A stretch of DNA of 64,000 nt from Acidobacteriota bacterium (GTDB lineage Bacteria > Acidobacteriota > Terriglobia > Bryobacterales > UBA6623), in contig WGMB01000002.1 in assembly GCA_016125275.1 (NCBI GenBank), positions 150,490 through 214,489 of the forward strand. The letters run 5' to 3'. The position numbers were made by a program, and so were the translations under genes. Under the pieces are notes generated by a model, which worked only from the letters and a program-made list of their open reading frames with translations, was not told the origin of the DNA and did not search any database. Below are positions 54,827 through 63,866 of the stretch, in pieces (position 1 is the first letter of the stretch; the number at the start of each line of letters is the position of its first letter).

Positions 54827-56314
54827 ATGCACGCCAAAACGTCCTCCGCCGCGCCCGAGGCGATCCAAGCCGACGCCCTGATCGTTCCGATTTCCCAGCT
54901 CGAGGAGGGTCAGACCGCAGACCCGCAGGTCGACGGCTGGAGCGGCGGCGTCTACCAGACCGCGCTCGACAGCGGCGAGGTCACAGGCAAGGCGCTGGAG
55001 CTGCTGGTGCTGCACCGGCCCGCCGGCGTGGCCGCCCCGCGGCTGGTGCTGATGGGGCTGGGCAAGCCCGCCGAGCAGTCCGCCGCGGTGCTCCGGCGGG
55101 CCGCCGCTGCCGCCACGCGCAAGCTGCAAGGCAAGGGCATCGAGTCGATCGCCTTCCTGCTGCCGGGCCGCTTCGGCTCCGAGCACGAAGCCCAGGCGAT
55201 CGCCGAGGGCGTCTGGACGGCGCGCTTCGAGCCGGACGTCTACAAGACCGAAGGCCGCAAGGAGTCCAGCCTCCGGGAGCTGCTGCTGCTGGCCACCGGC
55301 GACGCCGTGGAGCTCGGACTGGCTCGCGGAACCGCCATCGGCGACGGCCAGAACACGGCGCGCAAGCTGGCCGTGGAGCCGGGCAACCTGCTGACGCCGG
55401 CTGTGCTGGTCGAAAAGGCCCGCGAGCTGGCCGCCGACGCCGGGCTGGGGATCGAAGTGCTCGACGAGGAGCGCCTGATCGACGAGGGCTTCGGCGCGCT
55501 GCTGGGCGTGGCCCAGGGCAGCGTGGAGCCGCCGGCGCTGATCGTGCTGCGCTACCGTCCCAAGTCGCCGGCGCGCCCGGACGTGCACCTGGGTCTGGTG
55601 GGTAAGGCGGTGACGTTTGACACCGGCGGAATCTCCATCAAGCCGGCCGCCGAGATGGACCGCATGAAGTACGACATGGCCGGCGGCGCTGCCGTGCTGG
55701 GGGCCATGCAGGCCATCGCGGCGCTCGAGCCGCCGACCACGGTGACGGCCTTCATCCCGACGGTGGAGAACATGCCCGGCGCCGCCGCCCAGCGCCCCGG
55801 CGACGTGGTCACCACGCTGTCCGGCAAGACCGTGGAGGTCCTCAACACCGACGCCGAGGGGAGGCTGATCCTGTGTGACACGCTGACCTTCGCGCTGCGC
55901 TCCGGCGTCAACCGCTTGGTCGACGCCGCCACCCTCACCGGCTCGGTCGTGGTGGCGCTGGGACACGAGCGTTCCGGCCTGTTCTGTAACGACGACGCTT
56001 GGAGCGCCCTGCTGCTGGCCTGTTCGGAGAAGGCCGGCGAGAAGTTCTGGCCCATGCCGCTCGACGCCGAATACCGCGAGCAGCTCGACAGTCCGATCGC
56101 CGACCTGGCCAACATCGGCACGCGCTGGGGCGGATCGATCACCGCGGCGAAGTTCCTGGAAGCCTTTGTCGAGGAGGCCCCGTGGGCGCACCTGGACATC
56201 GCCGGCACGGCCTGGATCGACGCGCCCAAGCCGGACATGCCCAAAGGGCCCACCGGCGTCTGCGTGCGCACCTTCGTGGAGCTCGCCCTGACGCTGTCGA
56301 CGCCGGCGGAGTAG
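54827..56314 (+). CDS. pepA: Leucyl aminopeptidase (M17)
   Basis: GKAVTFDTGGISIKP...MKYDMAGGAAV...NTDAEGRLILCD are the M17 signature motifs. Confidence 0.9.
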   Translation: MHAKTSSAAPEAIQADALIVPISQLEEGQTADPQVDGWSGGVYQTALDSGEVTGKALELLVLHRPAGVAAPRLVLMGLGKPAEQSAAVLRRAAAAATRKLQGKGIESIAFLLPGRFGSEHEAQAIAEGVWTARFEPDVYKTEGRKESSLRELLLLATGDAVELGLARGTAIGDGQNTARKLAVEPGNLLTPAVLVEKARELAADAGLGIEVLDEERLIDEGFGALLGVAQGSVEPPALIVLRYRPKSPARPDVHLGLVGKAVTFDTGGISIKPAAEMDRMKYDMAGGAAVLGAMQAIAALEPPTTVTAFIPTVENMPGAAAQRPGDVVTTLSGKTVEVLNTDAEGRLILCDTLTFALRSGVNRLVDAATLTGSVVVALGHERSGLFCNDDAWSALLLACSEKAGEKFWPMPLDAEYREQLDSPIADLANIGTRWGGSITAAKFLEAFVEEAPWAHLDIAGTAWIDAPKPDMPKGPTGVCVRTFVELALTLSTPAE

Positions 56315-56436
56315 CGTTTCGCGGCGCCGGCCGAGGCGGTTTCGCAGGCTGCAACGCCCGAAGGAAAGCCGCAAATCAGAGCCGTTTCATCTAATCTCCA
56401 GGCCTTTCGCTGTCGAATATTCTTCTCAGGCGGACG

Positions 56437-58347
56437 GTGAAGCTGGCTCTGTTCGATTTTCTGGGGAATGTGCTGGATACGTCCGGTTTTGCGGCTCGTT
56501 GGCAGTGCGGACTGTGGAGCAGCGGCCACGGCTGGCTGCACATCGGGTCGGACCTGCTGATCTGGGCCGCCTACTTCACGATCCCCGTGGTGCTGATTCA
56601 TTCCTGGCGCAAACACGCCGACCTGCCGGTCCCGCGGGTGGTCGCACTGTTCGGCGCGTTCATCTTCGCCTGCGGAACCGGGCACCTGCTCGAGGCCGCG
56701 ATCTTCTGGTGGCCCGTCTATCGGCTGGCGGGAGTAGTGAAGCTGGTGACGGCGATCGTATCGTGGGCGACCGTATTCGCTCTGGTTCGGATGGCACCGC
56801 CTGCGCTCGAGCTGCCGCGGGCCGCCGCGCGGGCCGGCGAGCTCGAGCAGGTCAGCGCTGACGCCGTGCTGCGGGCCCGCCGCGCCGAGGAAGCGCTTTC
56901 GAGGACGATCGAGCGGCTCGAGCTGCCCATCAAGAAGGCCTTCGTCGGCACCTGGGTGCTGGCGAACCCCGAGCAGCCCATGGTGGTGAACGAGCCGCTG
57001 CGCGAGATGTTGGATTTCTCCGACGGCTTCAATCCCAAGCTGGCGGACTTCCTGCAAAAAGTCCACCTCGACGACCGCCGGCCTCTGGAACAAGCCATCG
57101 AGAAGTGCCGCCAGACCGGAGAATCCTACTTCCGTGAGTTTCGGCTGGCCGTTTCGCACGAAGACATCGAGCACATCGCCATGCATGGCGGAGGCTGGAA
57201 GGCCGAGGGCGACCCGGACGGTCCCTATCTGGTCACCGGCGTCTGCACGATTCTGGAGGAGGCTGAGCTGGCCCTGCGGGTGAGCGAGCACCGCCTGCGG
57301 CTGGCGCTGGAAGCCGCGCACGCGGGCTTCTGGACATGGAACATGGCCGACAACACCCTACTGTGGGACGACCGCATGAAGGCGATGTTCGGCCTTCTGG
57401 CGGCGGACGGAAAGACGTACGAGGAAGCCGTCCGATACGTCCACCCCGACGACCTGCCCGCGGTGCAGGCGGCGCTCGAAGAAGCCTTGCAGGGCGGCCG
57501 CCAGTACGACCTGGTCCATCGTGTCCGGATCGACGGCTCGGGCGACTGGAAGTACGTCGAATCGAAGGGCGTGGTCGAAAGGAATGCGGCCGGCGAGCCG
57601 GTCAGCATGACGGGCGTATGCATCGACGTGACCGAGCGCGTGCGGGCCGAAGAGGGCCTGCGCAACGCCAACCGCGAGCTCGACGAGTTCGCCTACGTCG
57701 CCTCCCATGACCTGCGGGCCCCGTTGCGCGCCATCGACAACCTGGCCCAATGGATTGTGGAGGACGCCTCGGACAGTCTGCCCGAAACGTCCCGCCGGCA
57801 CCTCGAGAAGTTGCAGCAGCGCGCCCGACGGATGGAGCGGCTGCTCGACGACATCCAGCAGTTCTCGCGGGCCGGCCGGTTCTCCTACCCGAGCGAGTCG
57901 GTCGACCTGCACGCCCTGGTCTCGGACATCATCCAGACCGTGGCCGCGCCAAAAGGCTTCGACGTGCACATCGAAGGGACCTTGCCCACGATCGAGTCGC
58001 CCCGCACGCCGATCGAGCAGGTCTTCCTGAACCTGATCGGCAACGCCGTCAAGCATCACGACCGCGCCGAGGGCCAGGTGATCATCTCCGCCCGAGAACG
58101 GCCCCAACTGCTGGAGCTCGTCGTGCAGGACGACGGACCGGGCATTCCGGTCGAGCTGCAGGAGAAAGCCTTCGGAATGTTCGAGACGCTGCGGCCCCGG
58201 GACCAGGTCGAGGGCAGCGGCATCGGCCTGGCCGTCGTCAAGAAACTCGTGCAGAGCGTCGGCGGGCGCATCTGGTTGGAGTCCGGAGCCGCTCGCGGCT
58301 CGACGTTCCACTTCACTTGGCCCAAGGGAGGAGCCGACCCGGCATGA
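56437..58347 (+). CDS. Membrane-anchored PAS/PAC sensor histidine kinase
   Basis: GTG start. N-terminal TM sensor block (ARWQCGLWSSGHGWLHIGSDLLIWAAYFTIPVVL), two PAS segments, HisKA FAYVASHDLRAPLRAI, HATPase (GSGIGLAVVKKLV). Confidence 0.85.
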   Translation: MKLALFDFLGNVLDTSGFAARWQCGLWSSGHGWLHIGSDLLIWAAYFTIPVVLIHSWRKHADLPVPRVVALFGAFIFACGTGHLLEAAIFWWPVYRLAGVVKLVTAIVSWATVFALVRMAPPALELPRAAARAGELEQVSADAVLRARRAEEALSRTIERLELPIKKAFVGTWVLANPEQPMVVNEPLREMLDFSDGFNPKLADFLQKVHLDDRRPLEQAIEKCRQTGESYFREFRLAVSHEDIEHIAMHGGGWKAEGDPDGPYLVTGVCTILEEAELALRVSEHRLRLALEAAHAGFWTWNMADNTLLWDDRMKAMFGLLAADGKTYEEAVRYVHPDDLPAVQAALEEALQGGRQYDLVHRVRIDGSGDWKYVESKGVVERNAAGEPVSMTGVCIDVTERVRAEEGLRNANRELDEFAYVASHDLRAPLRAIDNLAQWIVEDASDSLPETSRRHLEKLQQRARRMERLLDDIQQFSRAGRFSYPSESVDLHALVSDIIQTVAAPKGFDVHIEGTLPTIESPRTPIEQVFLNLIGNAVKHHDRAEGQVIISARERPQLLELVVQDDGPGIPVELQEKAFGMFETLRPRDQVEGSGIGLAVVKKLVQSVGGRIWLESGAARGSTFHFTWPKGGADPA

Positions 58348-59198
58348 CCAGCAAACCGGTTCAGTTGTTGTTGGTGGAAGACGACGACGTCGACGCCGAA
58401 GGCGTGGAGCGCGCGCTGCGCAAGCGCCGCATCGCGAACCGGATCATCCGGGCCGTGGGGGGCATGGAAGCCCTGGAGATCCTGCGGGGCGGCGAGGGGA
58501 TTCCGCCGCTGCGGCGGCCCTTCATGGTCCTGCTCGACCTGAACATGCCGCGCATGGACGGGCTGACGTTTCTGAAGGAGCTGCGGGCCGACCCGGACCT
58601 GCGCGACAGCATCGTGTTCGTGCTGACGACCTCCGACGCCGACCGCGACAAGGTGGCCGCCTATGACGCCAACGTCGCCGGCTACATGCTCAAATCGCGC
58701 GTCGGCGAGATGTTCGTCAACCTGATCGAGCTGCTCGAACCCTACTGGAGGTATATCGAGTTCCCTCCCGGGCACAGGCCGTCGTGGGCTTCCAGCGCCG
58801 AGACGCCGGTGGTGGAATCTTTTGATCTGCTGGTGGTCGACGACAACGATGTGGACATCGAGCTGGTGCGTCGCTGCGCGCCGAAGACCTACCGCATCAC
58901 CGAAGCGCATTCGGGAGCCGAGTGCCGAGCCCTGCTCGACGCGCTGCAACCCGATTGCGTGCTGCTGGACTACCGCCTGCCCGACGAGCAGGGGCTGGAG
59001 TTGCTGTCGTTTCTGGCCAAGCAGGGCGCGCCGGTCATCCTGACCACCGGTTTGAAGGACGAGCGAGTGATCGCCGAGGCGGTCCGACTGGGAGCCTATG
59101 GCTGCCTCTCCAAGGACGCTCTTTCCCGCCAGACGCTGCAAGAGATCGTGGACGGCGCCTTGCAGTCGGTCGGGCACAGCGCTCGGCGCTCGGCCTGA
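58344..59198 (+). CDS. Response regulator with two receiver domains and no output domain
   Basis: ATGA overlap with the kinase stop. REC1 is LLLVEDDDVDAEGV...VLLDLNMPRMDG...VLTTS. REC2 is LLVVDDNDVDIELV...VLLDYRLPDEQG...ILTTG. ORF 57750..59198 is trimmed to ATG 58344. Confidence 0.85.
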   Translation: MTSKPVQLLLVEDDDVDAEGVERALRKRRIANRIIRAVGGMEALEILRGGEGIPPLRRPFMVLLDLNMPRMDGLTFLKELRADPDLRDSIVFVLTTSDADRDKVAAYDANVAGYMLKSRVGEMFVNLIELLEPYWRYIEFPPGHRPSWASSAETPVVESFDLLVVDDNDVDIELVRRCAPKTYRITEAHSGAECRALLDALQPDCVLLDYRLPDEQGLELLSFLAKQGAPVILTTGLKDERVIAEAVRLGAYGCLSKDALSRQTLQEIVDGALQSVGHSARRSA

Positions 59199-59303
59199 CG
59201 GACTGCAAGGCGCCGATCGATCGAACGAAATCTTAGTCCGAACGACTCAGAAACCTAGCGAACTCCTCGCGCATCTCAAGGAACGAATCGAAGGTGCGCG
59301 CCG

Positions 59304-59321
59304 TATAATCGGCGTAGGAGG
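59304..59321 (+). promoter_or_regulatory. -10 box TATAAT and strong Shine-Dalgarno AGGAGG upstream of the zinc-peptidase gene
   Basis: TATAAT 59304..59309. AGGAGG 59316..59321, 9 nt before GTG 59331. The short distance between them makes the -10 call tentative. Confidence 0.4.
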
Positions 59322-59330
59322 AAAACGACC

Positions 59331-60050
59331 GTGTTTCCGATGTTCGGAATTGATCCGATCTATTTCTTGTTCATCCTGCCGGGCATGGCCTTGTCGATGT
59401 GGGCCAGCTTCCGGGTGAAGTCGGCCTTCAACAAGTACTCGCAGGTGCGGGTTTCGACGGGGCTGACCGGCGCTCAGGCGGCTCGGTTGATGCTGGACCG
59501 GGCCGGGCTGCACGACGTGCAGATTGGGCGGGCGCACGGCTTCCTGTCCGATCACTACAACCCGGCCAATCGCTCGCTGGCGCTGTCGGAGGCGGTTTAC
59601 GACTCGAACTCGATCGCGGCGGTGGGCGTGGCGACGCATGAGGCCGGTCACGCCATCCAGCACGCCAAGAACTACTCGCCGCTGTGGCTGCGTTCGGTGC
59701 TGGTGCCGACGGCGAACATCGGCTCTTCGCTGGGCTACTTCGTGATGATGATCGGGCTGTTTCTGGCGCAGTCGAGCGGCAACTTCTTCCTGTTCAACAT
59801 CGGCTTGGCGCTGTTCTCGTGCGTGCTGCTGTTCCAGGTGGTGACGCTGCCGGTAGAGTTCGACGCCACGGCGCGGGCGAAGCGGCTGGTGCTGGCCGAC
59901 GGCATCGTGTCGCCGCAAGAGCGCGTGGGCATGGACCGGGTGCTGAACGCGGCGGCGCTGACCTATGTGGCGGCCGCGGTGAGCACGCTGCTGACGCTAC
60001 TGTACTTTCTGATGCGGGCCGGCCTGCTGGGCGGCCGCAGCCGGGACTGA
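59331..60050 (+). CDS. Membrane zinc metallopeptidase (Zn_peptidase_2 / YugP-like)
   Basis: FRVKSAFNKYSQV...FLSDHYNPANRSLALSE...GVATHEAGHAIQH (HExxH). Confidence 0.85.
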   Translation: MFPMFGIDPIYFLFILPGMALSMWASFRVKSAFNKYSQVRVSTGLTGAQAARLMLDRAGLHDVQIGRAHGFLSDHYNPANRSLALSEAVYDSNSIAAVGVATHEAGHAIQHAKNYSPLWLRSVLVPTANIGSSLGYFVMMIGLFLAQSSGNFFLFNIGLALFSCVLLFQVVTLPVEFDATARAKRLVLADGIVSPQERVGMDRVLNAAALTYVAAAVSTLLTLLYFLMRAGLLGGRSRD

Positions 60051-60104
60051 CGTCTCCGGCGGGGCGGAGTCCGGCGCGCTCGATTTGCTAGACTCCGCCC
60101 TGGA

Positions 60105-61751
60105 GTGCCTGACAAGACGTTTGACGCGATCGTCATCGGGACCGGGGCCTGCGGCGGCTGGGCGGCCAAGGAGCTGACCGCCGCCGGCATGGAGACGCTG
60201 GTGCTGGACGCCGGCCCGCAGCCGGAGCCTTCCCGAGACTTTACCCACCACGCCTGGCCCTACGATCTGAAGTACCGCGGGCGACCGCCGGAGGGGCGCA
60301 CCGAGCCCCACGATCACGGCTTGCCGCTGGTGTGGCGCAAGCATCCGGACCACCCCTACTCCACGCCCCCGGACAAGCCGTTCGACTGGGTTCGCTCGCG
60401 CATCGTCGGCGGACGCACCCTGCACTGGTCGCGAGCCACGCATCGCTGGAGCGACTACGACTTCAAAGCGGCCTCGCGCGACGGCTTCGGCGACGACTGG
60501 CCGATCGGCTACAGCGACATCGCGCCGTATTACTCCCAGGTCGAGCGACACATCGGCGTGAGCGGCTACAAAGAAGGCCTGCCGCAACTGCCCGACGGCG
60601 AGTTTCTGCCCGGCATGCCCTACAACTGCGCCGAAACGATGCTGCGGGCGGCGGCGCTGCGGCTGGGGCTGCCGGCGACGCACCGGCGGATCGCGCAGCT
60701 CAGCCGCCCGCTCAACGGCCGGCCCAAGTGCCACTTCTGCGGCCATTGCGGCGACGGCTGCGACGTGGGCGCGATGTTCAACTCGGTGGTCTCCACCCTG
60801 CCCGATGCCGCGGCCACCGGCAAGATGACCCTGCGGCCGAACTCGATCGTGCGCGCGGTGCTGACCGGCAAGGACGGCAAGGCCCAAGGCGTGAGCTACG
60901 TGGACCGCGTCACCAAGCAAGACTACGAGGCGCGCGGCCGGATCATCATCGTGGCGGCCTCGTCGCTGGAATCCACCCGCATCCTGCTCAACTCCGCACC
61001 GGACGGGTTGGGCAACTCGAGCGGCGTCCTGGGCCATTACCTCATGGATCAGGTGGCGGGCTCGGGCGTCACCGGCTACCTGCCGCAGCTCTACGACGGG
61101 CCGCCGCGCAACGACGACGGCAAGGCCAGCGGGATGTTCATCCCGTACTTCACGAACCTCGACAAGCCCAAGGGCGGCAAGTTCCTGCGCGGGTACTGCC
61201 TCAGTGGGACCGGAGGCCAGAGCGAGGTCTTCGGCGGCGCGCAAGCCGTACCGGGCTACGGCGCGGGCTTCAAGAAGGAGGTCCGCCGACGCTATCCGGC
61301 GCAGGCGCGCCTGTGGCTCTCGGCCGGCGAGATGTTGCCGCGCTACGAGAACTTCGTGGCGCTCGATCCGGACTTGCAGGACTCCTGGGGCATCCCGGCG
61401 TTGCGCATCACGTGCGAACACTCCGACAACGAGCGGGCGCTGTATGCCCACGCCGTGGAGACGATGAAGGAGGTGTTCGAGGCGGCCGGCGGAGAGATCG
61501 TGTCGGCCGGCGGACGAATCTCCACGCCCGGTGGGCTGATCCACGAGGTCGGGACGTGCCGGATGGGCTCGGACCCCAAGACGAGCGTGCTCGACCCCTG
61601 GTGCGGCATGCACGAGACGCCGAACGTATACGTGTTCAGCGGGGCGCCGTTCGTGACCAGCGGGGTGCATCACCCGACGTTGACGATGATGGCGCTGACG
61701 GTGCGGGGCTGCGAGCGGATCGTGGAGAAGTCCAAGCGCCGCGAGCTTTGA
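60105..61751 (+). CDS. GMC family FAD-dependent oxidoreductase
   Basis: GTG start. FDAIVIGTGACGGWAAKELTAAGMETLVLDAG (GxGxxG). C-terminal HEVGTCRMG and GAPFVTSGVHHPTLT motifs. Confidence 0.85.
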   Translation: MPDKTFDAIVIGTGACGGWAAKELTAAGMETLVLDAGPQPEPSRDFTHHAWPYDLKYRGRPPEGRTEPHDHGLPLVWRKHPDHPYSTPPDKPFDWVRSRIVGGRTLHWSRATHRWSDYDFKAASRDGFGDDWPIGYSDIAPYYSQVERHIGVSGYKEGLPQLPDGEFLPGMPYNCAETMLRAAALRLGLPATHRRIAQLSRPLNGRPKCHFCGHCGDGCDVGAMFNSVVSTLPDAAATGKMTLRPNSIVRAVLTGKDGKAQGVSYVDRVTKQDYEARGRIIIVAASSLESTRILLNSAPDGLGNSSGVLGHYLMDQVAGSGVTGYLPQLYDGPPRNDDGKASGMFIPYFTNLDKPKGGKFLRGYCLSGTGGQSEVFGGAQAVPGYGAGFKKEVRRRYPAQARLWLSAGEMLPRYENFVALDPDLQDSWGIPALRITCEHSDNERALYAHAVETMKEVFEAAGGEIVSAGGRISTPGGLIHEVGTCRMGSDPKTSVLDPWCGMHETPNVYVFSGAPFVTSGVHHPTLTMMALTVRGCERIVEKSKRREL

Positions 61752-61785
61752 GAGACCGGACTGTCATGCTAGGCTGAGCCCCGGG

Positions 61786-62040
61786 ATGTCGACTAGGGGC
61801 GATCTTCACTCCATCGTGGACGGGCTGCCCGAATCGGCGCTCGAAGACGCCCGGACTTACCTGGAGGCGCTTCGCTCCGCCCCGCCGGACAGGTTGGCCG
61901 CCTTGCTCCAGCAAGCTCCACTGGACGACGAAGCCTTCACGGAAGCGGACCTCGCGGCCGTCGAAGCGTCCCGGAGCAGAGATACGTCCGAACCGCCCTT
62001 GGATTGGGAGCAGGTCAAGGCGCAGATCTCGGATGGCTGA
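61786..62040 (+). CDS. Putative antitoxin of a RelE/ParE module
   Basis: 84 aa, acidic (LHSIVDGLPESALEDARTYLEAL). 8-nt overlap with the toxin remnant. Confidence 0.55.
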   Translation: MSTRGDLHSIVDGLPESALEDARTYLEALRSAPPDRLAALLQQAPLDDEAFTEADLAAVEASRSRDTSEPPLDWEQVKAQISDG

Positions 62041-62307
62041 GGCTTCAGGGGCTTGGCGAGCGCTCGTTGATCGCGCCGCCACCCGAGAGCTGCGGAAGCT
62101 TTCCGCGGATGCCCGAACCCGAATCGCAGAGGCCATCGCGACGACCTCCTCCATACGTTTCCACAGGGATCAGTCAAGAAGCTTCAGGGGAACTCCGGCC
62201 TGTGGCGGCTCCGCGTCGGAGACTGGCGCATCCTGTTCGAGCCCGAGTTCGAGGCCCGACGCCTCGTCATCCGTAGCATTCGTCCTCGCGACAAGGCCTA
62301 CCGCTAG
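62033..62307 (+). pseudogene. RelE/ParE-family toxin disrupted by a 1-nt frameshift near 62138-62140
   Basis: Frame A (from ATG 62033): MAEASGAWRALVDRAATRELRKLSADARTRIAEAI. Frame B (from ~62140 to TAG 62305-62307): DDLLHTFPQGSVKKLQGNSGLWRLRVGDWRILFEPEFEARRLVIRSIRPRDKAYR. Joined, they give a typical ~91-aa RelE/ParE. Confidence 0.65.
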
Positions 62308-62309
62308 GC

Positions 62310-62684
62310 TTGATTACCCCGCGGTATGCTGTGCTGGTGACCGTCGAGCAGGTGCGCGCCCTCTGCCTGGCTTTCCCTCACGTGACCGAAGACGTGAAGT
62401 GGGAGCACGATCTGGTCTTCTCGATCGGGGGCAAGATGTTCGCCATCAACAACCTCGAGCCCGGCGGCATGTGGCTGTCGTTCAAGTGCTCGCCCGAGGA
62501 CTTCGCCGAGCTGAGCGAACGCCCCGGATGCCGGCCGGCGCCGTACCTGGCGCGCGCCCAGTGGATCTCGCTGGAGACGCCCCAGGCGCTGCCCCGCCCC
62601 ACGATCGAACGGCTGCTGCGCCAAGCCTATGATCTGGTGTTCGCCAAGCTGACCAAGAAGGCCCGCCGCGAGCTGGAAGGCTGA
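62310..62684 (+). CDS. MmcQ/YjbR family DNA-binding protein
   Basis: LCLAFPHVTEDVKWEHDLVFSIGGKMFAINNLEPGGMWLSFKCSPEDFAELSE. ORF-track start is TTG 62310; GTG 62331 or 62337 are alternatives. Confidence 0.8.
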   Translation: MITPRYAVLVTVEQVRALCLAFPHVTEDVKWEHDLVFSIGGKMFAINNLEPGGMWLSFKCSPEDFAELSERPGCRPAPYLARAQWISLETPQALPRPTIERLLRQAYDLVFAKLTKKARRELEG

Positions 62685-62742
62685 AACCAAAGCGCAAAGG
62701 CTTGGCGAACCGGGCGCCCGGCTGCGCTACGATCGAAGGAAA

Positions 62743-63813
62743 ATGCATCACCCCACGAAAGAAGATCTGCTGTCCGATCCCACCCGGCCGTTCCCCGTCG
62801 ACTCGAAGGCCTCGGCGTCCGATGTGCTCGAAAAGCTCTCCGGCGTCGGCTTCCAGGGCCGGCAGTTGGGGCGCGCCTTCCAGGTTTGGAAGAACATGCT
62901 GGCCGACCCGGAGTGCACCATCGTGATGGGCATGTCCGGCGCGATGGTTCCCGGCGGCATGCGCCGCGTCGTGCGCTTCCTCATCGAGAACCGCCTGATC
63001 GACGCGTTGGCGTCTACCGGCGCAAACTTCTTCCACGACATCCATGAGACGCGCGGGCACTACCACTACTTGGGCTCGGCGCACATGAACGACACGGCGC
63101 TGGCCGCCAACATGATCGACCGCATGTATGACGTGTTGGCCGACGAGCAAATGTTCCGCGAGCACGACCGCTGGATCGGCCGGTTCGCCAACTCGCTCGA
63201 TCAGTCGCGGCCTTACACGACGCGGGAGTTTCTGTACCTGCTGGGCAAGGAACTGGGCCGGGAGTTGGCCGAGCGGGGCGAGGGCGAGCACGGCATCGTG
63301 TCGGCCGCGGCGGCGAATGGGGTTCCGCTGTTCTGCCCGGCGATCGGCGACAGCTCGATCGGCATCGGCATTGCCGATAACCGCGCCAACGGCGGCAACA
63401 ACTTGCTATTCGACATGATCGGCGACGTGCTCGAGATCACCTCGATCGTGCAGGGTTCGCCGGCGACCGGCGTGATCTACTTCGGCGGCGGCACGCCCAA
63501 GAACTACGTCAACCAGACGGAGGTGATCGCCAACTTGGTCGACCCGAACAAGGACGGCCACCGCTACGGCATCCAAGTCGTCACCGACGCGCCGCACTGG
63601 GGCGGCCTGTCCGGATGCACGTTCGAGGAGGCGCAGAGCTGGGGCAAGCTGCAGAAGGACGCCCAGATGGTGAACTGCCATTGCGACTCGACGATCGCCA
63701 TGCCGCTGCTGGTGCAGGCGCTGGCCGAACAAACCGAGCTGCTGGCGGCTCGCAAGAAGCGCGCCCCCGGCTACGCCATGGACGGCAAGCTGCAAATCGA
63801 GATCAAGGCCTGA
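62743..63813 (+). CDS. Deoxyhypusine synthase-like (DHS family) protein
   Basis: 356 aa, GFQGRQLGRAFQVWKNML...TIVMGMSGAMVPGGMR...LIDALASTGANFFHD...SWGK. The DHS-family layout is recognised by eye. Confidence 0.8.
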   Translation: MHHPTKEDLLSDPTRPFPVDSKASASDVLEKLSGVGFQGRQLGRAFQVWKNMLADPECTIVMGMSGAMVPGGMRRVVRFLIENRLIDALASTGANFFHDIHETRGHYHYLGSAHMNDTALAANMIDRMYDVLADEQMFREHDRWIGRFANSLDQSRPYTTREFLYLLGKELGRELAERGEGEHGIVSAAAANGVPLFCPAIGDSSIGIGIADNRANGGNNLLFDMIGDVLEITSIVQGSPATGVIYFGGGTPKNYVNQTEVIANLVDPNKDGHRYGIQVVTDAPHWGGLSGCTFEEAQSWGKLQKDAQMVNCHCDSTIAMPLLVQALAEQTELLAARKKRAPGYAMDGKLQIEIKA

Positions 63814-63840
63814 GGGCCAGCGATCTTCGAAGTTTCGCGC

Positions 63841-63866
63841 GAAGCCGGGCCCCTGGGTCCGGCTTC
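63841..63866 (+). terminator. Hairpin between convergent genes; intrinsic terminator for the DHS-like gene
   Basis: GAAGCCGGGCC-CCTG-GGTCCGGCTTC (one G.U pair) followed by TACTTTTTGG. Confidence 0.5.

Noticed and set aside
57750-59198. 482-aa ORF covering the end of the histidine kinase gene and the response regulator.
   Set aside because: The first ~198 codons are out of frame over the kinase and low-complexity. Receiver-domain homology starts at ATG 58344 (ATGA overlap with the kinase stop).
60062-60100. 10-bp stem (GGGCGGAGTC ... GACTCCGCCC) with a 19-nt loop between the zinc-peptidase stop and the GMC oxidoreductase GTG start.
   Set aside because: It could be a terminator or a translational occluder. 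It has a large loop and no U-tract, and it ends only 4 nt before the next start. The evidence is insufficient to call either.
62033-62632. 199-aa ORF downstream of the antitoxin-like gene.
   Set aside because: Only the first ~35 codons look like a RelE/ParE toxin. The remainder is Ser/Ala/Arg-rich read-through across the YjbR gene in a wrong frame, and the true C-terminus is in another frame ending at 62307.
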